From positions 1 through 29,322 of the forward strand of contig JBKHIT010000061.1 in the NCBI GenBank assembly GCA_046538485.1: 29,322 nucleotides of DNA, read 5' to 3'. Under the pieces are notes generated by a model that was not told the origin of the DNA, made no database searches, and saw nothing but the letters and a program-made list of their open reading frames with translations. This DNA comes from Candidatus Brocadiia bacterium. Its GTDB lineage: Bacteria > Planctomycetota > Brocadiia > SM23-32. The position numbers were made by a program, and so were the translations under genes. Shown in pieces: positions 17,586-27,000 of the stretch. Positions within the stretch are counted from its first letter, which is position 1. Each line of letters starts with the position of its first letter.

Positions 17586-19913
17586 TTAGTGCTGGGAAAT
17601 CCCTAAATCCTTGATTTTTCTGCGCACAGTATTGCGGCTGACCCCGAGTTCTTCCGCCGCCTTCGTCTGGGTAAAGTCTGTACTTTCAAGCACCTGCTGA
17701 ATCAGTGATCTTTCGACCCGAGACATGATTCTATCGTAAAGATTGTGTTTGGTGCCGGATTCTCGGAGGCTTTTCACCAACCGAGGAATGACGTCCTCGG
17801 GTTCACCAACAATATCCTTGCTGCGACGACCTTCCGGCAGCATGCGAATGTTGATGGGGAGTAGTTTCAGGGGGATTGTGCCGGTCTGGGTCAGGACAAC
17901 AGCTCTTTCGATACAGCTTTCCAGCTCTCGGACATTCCCGGGCCAGGAGTATTCCATGAATGTGTCCAGAACTTCGCGGGATATTTTGGAAACATCTTTG
18001 TCATACTGTTTGCTGTATTTCTCCAGAAAGTGATCGACAAGGAATGGAATGTCATCGGTACGCTCACGGAGCGGAGGGATAAAAATCGGGATGACGTTGA
18101 GGCGGTAAAATAGATCTTCCCGGAAAGTCCCTTTGCTCATGTGCTCTTCAAGATCGACATTTGTCGCGGCAACCACGCGTACATCCACGCTTATTGTTTT
18201 TGTTCCGCCGACTTTTTCGAATTCTTTTTCTTGAAGAACGCGCAGCAGTTTAACCTGTAGGCGTTCGCCTATGCTTCCGATCTCGTCCAGGAAAATCGTT
18301 CCTTCACCGGCGAGTTCAAAGCGCCCTTTGCGATTCTCGATGGCTCCGGTGAATGCTCCTTTCACGTGTCCAAACAGTTCACTTTCCAGCAGGTTCTCCG
18401 AAAGTGCGCCGCAGTTGACCTTGACGAAGGGGCCGTCTGATCGGTCGCTGTTGTAATGGAGCACGCTCGCGATCAGTTCCTTCCCCGTTCCCGTTTCTCC
18501 CTGGATGAGAACGTTGGCATCGCTTTTGGCGACGGTCGAGGCCGTGGCCACAACATCCTGCATGGTCCCGCTGGCGGCAACGATGTTGCCGAATTTGTAC
18601 TTCGATTCCAGATCTTTTCGCAGCCGTAGATTCTCAGCGACAAGCTCTTCCCGTTGCACCATCACCATCCGGTTAATTTTGATGGCCTGGCTGACCAGCG
18701 AGGCGATAATTTGCAGGAGGCGTTGGTCCTTGGCGAGAGTCTCTTCGTCCACAAATTCCCTGTCAACGCTGATCGCTCCAACAATTTCTTCGTCGACCCG
18801 AAGGGGAACGCAGACGAAGGAAACAGGACGACCTTCTTCCGTCCGACCGCGTGCACCTGTCCTGTTCAGAAAAAACGGGTCTTTGCTTATGTCCGCGATT
18901 GAAAGCGGTTGACCGGTTTCGACGACCCGGCCGGTGACGCCTTCTCCGATTTGATATTCTCCCCGTTCTTTTTCCGTAACACTCAGGCCATGGGCGGCTT
19001 CGATCTTGAGTCGACCCGATGACGGATCACGCAGCACAAGGGTTCCTCTCTTCAGTTTTAGTTCGCGTGCCAGGATATCCATCGTTTGCTCAAATACCCG
19101 TTCCAGCTCAAGTGCTCCGCCGATGGCATCCGACATCTCGCTCAGGACGGATAGCTCAAGTTCTTCTCGATGGGCGGGGGCAAACTCAAGTCCGTCTTCT
19201 GCGATGACGAAACGTTGTGGGATTCCAATACGTGGTGCTGCACGTCCCTCGCATTTTTTCAGTGCGACTGTGGCCTCTCCTTCTTCCACAGAGAGTTCCA
19301 GAACTACCTGAGTAATGTGCCGCAGGTTGGCCAGCAGCTGGCCCGAATGAGCTTCCCGTTCCAGAATCCAGTAGGCGACCGTGTTAAGATCGTAAAGGCG
19401 TGGACACATGTACGCGAAGAAATTGAGTGCCTGACGCTCTTCGTCCCATAATTCCAACATGCCCGTAATGCTATCAAAAACATAAAAAGGATTGTTGCCG
19501 GCCTCCCGCTCAAGTTCTTCCAGCGATTCAGAAACCTGGTCCGGATCGGGAGACGGGCAGCGTGCCACCGTTTTAACGGACGATTTCTGGGAATCCCCGC
19601 CGCCGTTGTAGAAATCGGAAAAAACTTTATCTCCCGATCCTTTGCCGCCCGTAAAGCAATCCAATAAAAGAAAATTGTCTTCCGGGAGCGTATCTCCATA
19701 CTTGGTCAGAATTGCGTTGGGAGACCTGTTAAAACTCACGTATATGACAGGTCTTTGGGATTGTTGAGAACTCCCAAAAAGGTTGCGGATAAAAACGCTT
19801 ATGGGAGCTCCGCTGTCGATTTCCCACACCACGTTATCGCCCGGCCGCAAAGAGCCGATCAGCCGGTCTATTTGCTCTATCCCGGTGCTCAAAAATGTGT
19901 CATGTCTACTCAT
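17586..19913 (-). CDS. sigma54-dependent activator: degenerate KaiC/RecA-like N-domain + GAF + AAA+ + Fis-type HTH (NifA-like C-terminal two thirds)
   Basis: [74 protein letters not shown]...FLNRT; N-terminus [22 protein letters not shown]...YVSF...VFDSITG. Confidence 0.92.
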   Translation of the reverse strand: MSRHDTFLSTGIEQIDRLIGSLRPGDNVVWEIDSGAPISVFIRNLFGSSQQSQRPVIYVSFNRSPNAILTKYGDTLPEDNFLLLDCFTGGKGSGDKVFSDFYNGGGDSQKSSVKTVARCPSPDPDQVSESLEELEREAGNNPFYVFDSITGMLELWDEERQALNFFAYMCPRLYDLNTVAYWILEREAHSGQLLANLRHITQVVLELSVEEGEATVALKKCEGRAAPRIGIPQRFVIAEDGLEFAPAHREELELSVLSEMSDAIGGALELERVFEQTMDILARELKLKRGTLVLRDPSSGRLKIEAAHGLSVTEKERGEYQIGEGVTGRVVETGQPLSIADISKDPFFLNRTGARGRTEEGRPVSFVCVPLRVDEEIVGAISVDREFVDEETLAKDQRLLQIIASLVSQAIKINRMVMVQREELVAENLRLRKDLESKYKFGNIVAASGTMQDVVATASTVAKSDANVLIQGETGTGKELIASVLHYNSDRSDGPFVKVNCGALSENLLESELFGHVKGAFTGAIENRKGRFELAGEGTIFLDEIGSIGERLQVKLLRVLQEKEFEKVGGTKTISVDVRVVAATNVDLEEHMSKGTFREDLFYRLNVIPIFIPPLRERTDDIPFLVDHFLEKYSKQYDKDVSKISREVLDTFMEYSWPGNVRELESCIERAVVLTQTGTIPLKLLPINIRMLPEGRRSKDIVGEPEDVIPRLVKSLRESGTKHNLYDRIMSRVERSLIQQVLESTDFTQTKAAEELGVSRNTVRRKIKDLGISQH

Positions 19914-20563
19914 ATTTGTGCTTCCGAAAAGAGATCATGTCGAGCCAAACCGTATTATTCTAAGAGAAATAAAGTTGTTAAGAAAGCGAGTGAGTGCTTT
20001 TTCTGCTGGTGTAGTGTCAAAGAAAGTGGGATTTCAAGCCGGTTTTGCGGGCTTCGGCCATTTGCAATAAAAAGGATACATCGGCTGATTCCACTTGTTT
20101 TAAGAAAAACCAGAAGTGCGACTGTTCCTGGAGAGTATTCGTCTCTGTAACTTGCATGATGTTTGAGCAGCCGCGATCAGAGGTAGATCAAATCGCGTTC
20201 AGGAGTTGCGTATTCATGAGTAAGAAAAACTGATTCCCGGGTGTGGTTGAGGACTTTGAGGGGTTTTCTCGGGTGAGTGATTATGTTATTTGTTCGGAGG
20301 GGATTTCGGCATCCAAGGAATTAATGTGATCTTTTCTACCTGGAGTTTTGGTCGAGAAGAGCGGTGAACGGTATTCAGTAGACATACAGCTACAGGACTG
20401 GGTATGATGGTCTAAACTGCCCGTAGGATCAGGCAGGGAATCCCCTCTTTCGCCACCAGAGTCTACCTTGACGGGGAGGTATAATGGCGGTAGCCTATTG
20501 ATAGTTGAAATCACAGATAGGCGTAAAATTGTTTTTGCAATTTGCAGAGGGGAGGAAATAAAA

Positions 20564-21478
20564 ATGTGGAACTGGCTGGCTATAATCTTGCTTATCGTGG
20601 GGGCGGTTGCCGCAGTAGTGAAAGGAATGAATGAAGATCGGCCATGGGGTGCTCCCGTTCTCGGAGCGTGTATCGTAGGGATTATATTGGGGCTTATCAG
20701 TCCGACCGTTTTGTATTATTACATTCTGATTGCTCTGCTTGTGGGGGCGCTTGTCGGGTATGTCAAAGGACATCAAAAGAAGAAAGAATGGGGTGCGCCT
20801 CTTATCGCGGCCTGTACCATTGCGATTATCGTGATGGTTCTGGGAAATCAAGTTGTTCCGGAAAAAGCAGCCGCCAGGAAGGAAGTAAAGCAGGCCCACA
20901 GAAAACAGATTCTCTACGATCAGGCGAAAATGCAGTATATCGGAGAATATATCGAAAAAAATTATCCCGATCACAAAGTGCTTCTGCTGATGCATTATGC
21001 GGGCAGGGATTTTGCGAAAAAGCGCCAGAGCGCGATGATAAGCGCATTGAAAAAGGGATTTGGCGATGATGTCACACTGGAAGCTCAGGAACATATGCCG
21101 GTGCCGGAAGGGGATCCGGACGACCCGATGATGATGATGGAAGAGCCTATACTCACCCGGGAAAAATTCGATCAGATAACTAAACCACATCCTGAATGCG
21201 ATTTCATTATCTCCATTATTGGTCTTCCTTATGAGTACGAAAAAACGGCTATCTGGCAGATGCCGCCGGAGAAAAGGCCAAAAATTTTTGTTGCGTCTTC
21301 CCTTAGAGAAGATCTTCTTGAAAAGGCAATGAAAGACGGACCTGTGGTGGGCGCGGTTGACACGAAAAGGGATTTTCGTTTCAATCCCCAGGCTTCAGTG
21401 CCAGCAGATTACAAGGAAGCTTTCGAGCAAAGATGGAAGATTGTTGATAAGGAAAATTTGAGTGAGCTGAACCCGTAA
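20564..21478 (+). CDS. hypothetical membrane protein (4 TM helices as a duplicated hairpin + soluble alpha/beta domain)
   Basis: RBS GGAGG before ATG 20564; four hydrophobic segments with repeated KG..x..WGAP(V/L)..AC motif. Confidence 0.8.
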   Translation: MWNWLAIILLIVGAVAAVVKGMNEDRPWGAPVLGACIVGIILGLISPTVLYYYILIALLVGALVGYVKGHQKKKEWGAPLIAACTIAIIVMVLGNQVVPEKAAARKEVKQAHRKQILYDQAKMQYIGEYIEKNYPDHKVLLLMHYAGRDFAKKRQSAMISALKKGFGDDVTLEAQEHMPVPEGDPDDPMMMMEEPILTREKFDQITKPHPECDFIISIIGLPYEYEKTAIWQMPPEKRPKIFVASSLREDLLEKAMKDGPVVGAVDTKRDFRFNPQASVPADYKEAFEQRWKIVDKENLSELNP

Positions 21479-21628
21479 AGCAATAATCATCATCGGTTGA
21501 TCCCTGGCCAGAAACCTTACAGCGAGCACTTCGGTAACTTCCACGAGAGTGTTCTGATTCACGTCGTTTCCCCCCCCGAAAGTTTCTCCCTTCTTTTAGT
21601 TTAAGCATCTCTCCAGAAAGGCGTTCCG

Positions 21629-23005
21629 ATGGCAAATACAGATCAAAAACCAAACGTAATTCTGATCAACTGTGACGATCTGGGCTACGGTGACCTCGGC
21701 TGTTACGGTTCCGGAGTCCATAATACACCCTTCCTGGATCAGATGGCCCGGGACGGCACCCGGCTGACAGATTTCTATATGGCCGCGCCGGTCTGCTCGC
21801 CCTCCCGCGGGGCGATGATGACCGGTTGCTACCCCCGACGCGTCGGATTCGGCACCTTCGATAACGGAGCCGCGGTCCTTTTCCCGGGACACGGCACGGG
21901 CCTTCACCCGGATGAAACGACGATCGGAGACCTGCTGAAAGAACAGGGCTACGCCACAAAAATCGTCGGGAAATGGCATTGTGGTGACCAGCCCCAGCAT
22001 CTGCCCACCAAACACGGGTTCGATAGCTATTATGGCCTGCCTTACAGCAACGACATGGGCCGGCAGGCCGGAGGGCGCGAGGAAGGGCCACCTCTGCCGC
22101 TTCTGCGCGATGATGAAGTCATCGAACTGCAACCCGACCAGTCGGGCATTACCGAGCGGTACGTCGAGGAATGCGTCCGGTTCATCCGTGACAACAAAAA
22201 CAACCCGTTTTTCCTGTACTTCGCTCACATGCATGTCCACCTGCCGCTCTACGCGCCGGAGCGATTCCTCGATAGCTCGGAGAACGGCCGTTACGGGGCC
22301 ACCGTCGAATGCATCGACTGGAGCGTGGGCGCCCTGATGCATGAAATCCAACGTCTCGGACTCGAAGAAGATACACTCATGATCTTCACATCCGATAACG
22401 GGTCCCGGGTGGCGGAGGGAGGATCCAACGATCCTCTGCGCGGACGGAAAGGGCAAACCTGGGACGGGGGAATGCGCGTCCCGTGTATCGCGCGATGGCC
22501 CGGCGTCATCCCGGAAGGTCAGGTCTGCAGCGAACTGGCCACCGCCATGGATATGTTGCCGACCTTCGCGGGTCTGGCCGGCACCGAACCGCCCGATGAT
22601 CGTATCATCGATGGACATGACATCTTCCCGCTTTTCCTGGGTGGACAGGAGGCATCCAGTCCATATGATGTCTTCTATTATTACTGGAAAGACGACCTGG
22701 AAGCCGTCCGCAACGACCGCTGGAAACTGCATATATCGCGGCGCCGGGATGAGGTCGTGGAACTCTATGATCTACGCGAAGATATCGGTGAGACGACAAA
22801 CGTGGCCGAAGATAACCCGGAGATCGTGCGTAAGCTGATGGACGAAGTTGAGAACGCCCGGGAGGACCTGGGAGATGCCGTGGTGGATGAGGAGGGGGCG
22901 AACTGCCGTCCCGCCGCTTTCGTGGAAGATGCCGAAGTGCTGGCCGAATACGATCCGGACCATCCCTACATCATCGCGATGTACGACCTGCCCCAGATTG
23001 GGTGA
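21629..23005 (+). CDS. sulfatase (Cys-type arylsulfatase-like, S1 family)
   Basis: KPNVILINCDDLG, CSPSRGAMMTG, GKWHCG, PYSNDM, SDNG; RBS AGAAAGG; no signal peptide. Confidence 0.93.
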   Translation: MANTDQKPNVILINCDDLGYGDLGCYGSGVHNTPFLDQMARDGTRLTDFYMAAPVCSPSRGAMMTGCYPRRVGFGTFDNGAAVLFPGHGTGLHPDETTIGDLLKEQGYATKIVGKWHCGDQPQHLPTKHGFDSYYGLPYSNDMGRQAGGREEGPPLPLLRDDEVIELQPDQSGITERYVEECVRFIRDNKNNPFFLYFAHMHVHLPLYAPERFLDSSENGRYGATVECIDWSVGALMHEIQRLGLEEDTLMIFTSDNGSRVAEGGSNDPLRGRKGQTWDGGMRVPCIARWPGVIPEGQVCSELATAMDMLPTFAGLAGTEPPDDRIIDGHDIFPLFLGGQEASSPYDVFYYYWKDDLEAVRNDRWKLHISRRRDEVVELYDLREDIGETTNVAEDNPEIVRKLMDEVENAREDLGDAVVDEEGANCRPAAFVEDAEVLAEYDPDHPYIIAMYDLPQIG

Positions 23006-23128
23006 GGGTGGGCGAAGGGACTTAAGGGCCGGAAGTGACTTCAATTCCGTGGACGTGCCGTTTTTCGTCGGCTCTGGAACGGCATATGTTGCGTGCCGGA
23101 CAATCGCCTCAGCACCGGTTCGTGGATG

Positions 23129-23960
23129 AACCCCGCCGGCGGAGCCGGCTATGGAGTGCGGCGGCCGCGAGTCGCGGTGAACTACCTGGAAGGGGGTATG
23201 CCAATGCCAGTGATATTTAAAATGGCAGGCACCTCTGCCCAACGAATCCCCCACAGGGGGCGGCGCTGTGCCGTTGTCTTTCGTCGTTTTGTGGTGGGCC
23301 TTCAGCCCACTATCATTTCATGCATATCTTTACCCCAGGGCTCCGACGACCTTCAGCCGTCTGTACCCCGGGCTGGTATGTTATGCCCTTTCAGGGCATG
23401 AGACGGTAGGGCGCACTCGGCGATCACGCCCTGCATGCGCGTCGCATCGCGGATACGTAAGGCCGGAGGTATATTCTGGGAAGTTTCCAAAAGCCGGGAG
23501 CTGTTGCGAGTTCGGGACAATACTTGAGAGCTGTAGGGCCGCATCGCCGAGGCGGATCTGCCGTTCGTTGTTGGTCTTCGTGCTGCGAGGTCTGGAGGTT
23601 TCTGCGCCGCGTTCTGAACTCCAGCCCCGCAAAGCGGCGCTGAAGTCCAGTCCGCTCCTGTCGCGTCTGAGGGAGCCACTCCATAAGCGTGAGACCTCCC
23701 TGGTAGAAGGGCGGGGTATCCTGTGTGGTGCAGGCCGGCGGGCAGGCAGGTTGAAACATAAGGATCCCCACCGCGAGAGTGGGGTGTTTCCCGCTCACGG
23801 GGATTGAGACTCGAGTTCAGCTGAGCCCGCCACTGAGCGGGCGAAACTGGACTTGAGGCGGGCAACCGTTGGAAAATGCCAGCACGCACTTAACTGCCAA
23901 CAAATTCATCCGCGTTCTGAACTCCAGCCCCGCAAAGCGGCGCTGAAGTCCAGTCCGCTC
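23129..23960 (+). repeat. mosaic of palindromic REP-like modules (copy A)
   Basis: Modules at 23129-23163, 23167-23185, 23245-23268, 23286-23458, 23526-23565, 23607-23657, 23791-23877, 23910-23960, each with a counterpart in 28427-29281. Confidence 0.85.
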
Positions 23961-24031
23961 GTGTGCGGGATCAAGGAATGCGACAGGGAAAACCGAGTTC
24001 CTTGCGTCCCATCCCCGCCCAGAGCGGCTAT

Positions 24032-27000
24032 TCATTCCCCTACCCCGTACCCCAGCCCATCCTCCAGTGGGAGCCCGTATTTATCTCCCAGCCGGAAATA
24101 GAATGACCAGCCTTCCCAACCGTTTGCGGATTTTACCAGAATCTTATTCTTACCTTTCTTCAGGTGGATCGGCGTTCTGTCCTGATCGGGGGCGGCGGCG
24201 CGGTAGACGATTCGGCGTAGAACCAGTTCGTTGTTCACCCACACCACCAGACACTGATCGCTTCCGGTGTAGAGCGTGACGTCCCGTTCGCGATCGGATG
24301 TGATCTCCGTGTACGCATAAGCTATGCCTTTTTTGTTCGGCTGGAGATGTTCGGCCAGCACGACCGGTCCTTCGCCGAGCCCATCTTCTTTGTCGGCACC
24401 CAGATGTTGCCATTTGATCTGCTTTGGTTTCGCTTTACCGTCCACGCGATCGAAACCTTCGTAGGTAGCGTCCAAATCGACTGTTTCTTCCGGAGGGTAG
24501 TGGTCCAGCTTGTGGGTCCACAGTGCGCCACCTTCGGTGTTCTGGAACGGGCCGACGACCTGCCAGTTATGCACGAAGGTCGGTTTATAGTCGTCCTTGC
24601 CCTGAACCTGCAGGAGCTTCTGCGCCGCGGCATAGCGCTCGGGCAGACCTTTGAGCGCTTCTTCGACCGGTCGTTCGTCCAGAGGGAGCACGTATGCCTT
24701 TTTGTCGCCGATGGATACTTCCCCAAGTTTTGGGCTGTAATCTTTGTCATTGAGCCTGATCTCAGGTTTTTCGTCGCGGCCGAAGATAAGCAGCGCCCGC
24801 GCGGCGCCTATGACGTCGCGGCTTTTTCGGGCGTGCGAGATTTCGAACCGGTTCTCTTTCTCATGGCCGACCACCCGGAGCAATCCGACTCGGCCGTCGG
24901 ACCGGACGCTTGCCCCGCCGGGAAGTTCCAGCGCCCAGATAGTGGGATCGGGCAGGGGGTTCCAGCCGCACACCGTCCCGCTGATCGGTTCGGTCTGCAG
25001 GTAGGCCATGCGCCCGTATTCGGACCGCAGAACCGCGCCGTTTTTCTCCAGTCGGCCGGTATCGCCCTGCTGGGTCAGATTGCTGTCCCGGTAAATCCCA
25101 TCTTTCAGGTAAGGCCATTCGCCGTTCACGCGCCGGTGCGTAAAACACTGATCCGTGGGGATTCCCCGGTGCCGGAAGACCTGGTATTCGGGTTTGAAAC
25201 CGACCTCCAGAAGATCGTCCCCGCTGCGATAACTCACGTCGAGCGTGGCATCCCCGGCGTCCCAGTTCGTCTCGAGTTTCACCGTCTGCATATGCTTCTG
25301 GAAGGCCGGGAAATTCTTGTACTCATGCCGATCGCCCACTTCCATGATGAACCCGCCGTAGGCTTTGTCGATTTCTTCCGTGCTGAGGTCCGATTCGCTG
25401 AGGGGTTTTTCGGAAAGATAGTTGTAGGAATGGATCAGGAGGGTGGGAGCGGCCTTGCCGCCGCCCTGAAGTTTCCGTTCCCTGGCCTGGTCAGTGATCA
25501 CAACCTGCTTCGTCCGCCCCAGGTCCGTCGCCGGGACCGGAATCAGACCGAGATACGTGACGCCGTCCTCAAGCGTGATGAGCTGGCCGGGTTTGAGTTC
25601 AACCGGGAAGGTTTTGACCGTTTTCCCGTCGATCCGGAGCGTCCAGGAAGGTTCATCCTGGAAGGTGAAGAGCCCGACGGTGCTCTGGAGACTCGTGGTT
25701 TCCTCCGGTTTCGCGCCGGGCAGGCGTTTGAGGGGACTTGTCAGCATCACGATTTTGTTCTCGTGCTGCAGGGAGATCTGGTTACCCGCGTTCAGCAGCC
25801 CGCTGCCGCCGTGGGTGGTGACGAGGTTCGGCTCATTGGCCGTATAGCGTGCCAGGAGGGTGCCGAGCTGCTGGACATGCTCGACTTTCTTCTCGCCCCG
25901 GCGCCACTGGATCATGAGCGGGACGCTGCCCTGGCGGCCGACGTCGACCGATGCCACGCCGTAATTATTCCCGAGATACGACTGTACCCAGAGGGGGGTT
26001 CGGGCGAAATGGCCCCATTCCATCCCGGCCACCGTCATGTGGTAGGGGATTGGTTTTTCATCGACCATGTTCGCGGCCCAGTCGGGCGCCCAGGGCTGCT
26101 TGATTGTCTGAAGCGCGATCCGTCCGGGCGGGGCGTCGTGGCCGAAACGCGGCATGCCGGCTCGTTTGTCATTCTCAAGATCGTGCAGCGCGCCGCTGTG
26201 GGAGAGCGTGTGCACGATGTGCTGAAGACCGTCCTGAATAACCCACAGGTAGCTGATTCCGGTCCGGCCGGAGGTGTTGATGAAGTGCCGCAGCCGGGGG
26301 TGATAACTCGAAGTCAGTTCCTCAACCGATTTGGCGAGGATGCTCTGTCCCATCAGCCGGTCGAGTCTGCGCGGCCCGAAATCGGCGAACATTTTCTGTC
26401 CACTCAGCGTAATCGCGTAGTAATAGTGATCGATGGACTCCTGCGTGGTGCCGTCGTACCAGGCCCAGAGCCGCATCGGCAGGTATTCCAGGCCGTGTCG
26501 CCCGTCGGCCATGGCGCGTTCGGAATTGATAATGTTGCCGCCCAGCAACGCGCCCATGGCGGCGGTGTGGTTGAAGTTCATCGTGCTGATCGTGTAGTTG
26601 TAGCCGTCGCGGAAGAAGGATTTGCGCCCGCGCCAGTTGCCGGTTTCCTTCCAGTAGGTGCGATTGCGTTTGCTCTGAGCGTGAAAAAAACGCCGCGTCG
26701 GCATATCCGGCATCAGCCAGGCGTCCCAGTAGGCGCGTATGTGGTCCCGCACCGGCGCCGGGAGCATGTCGCGGTAGAGATACCACAGAAGCAAATCATC
26801 CTGAATGCCCCAGCCTTTCCAGTAGCGGGGGACGGTACGGAGGATGTTCTGGACGACTTTCTCGTATTGTTTGGGATCGCCGGATTCCAGGGCGTCGGTC
26901 CAGCGGCTGATATGCCCGCCGCCGAAACTGCGCAATTGTCGGACCCGTTCCCATTGCCAGTCCGCCATCCAATCGGGCTGGCGGAGACGGTGCTTCTCGA

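Noticed and set aside
17586..19913. Naming the activator nifA or kaiC
   Set aside because: No nif or kai genes are in the window; it has an extra N-terminal domain, and the KaiC-like part lacks Walker A.
20468..20485. TTGACG...TATAAT upstream of the membrane protein gene
   Set aside because: Only 6 nt between the hexamers; the -10 may be real but has no properly spaced -35.
23006..24031. Short ORFs in the two repeat regions (also 28082-29322), and a possible CRISPR array or integron attC array
   Set aside because: The ORFs are translations of palindromic modules (the same peptides recur, e.g. AGLEFRTR). There is no constant repeat with regular unique spacers, no cas or integrase gene, and no clear RYYYAAC...GTTRRRY cassette boundaries.
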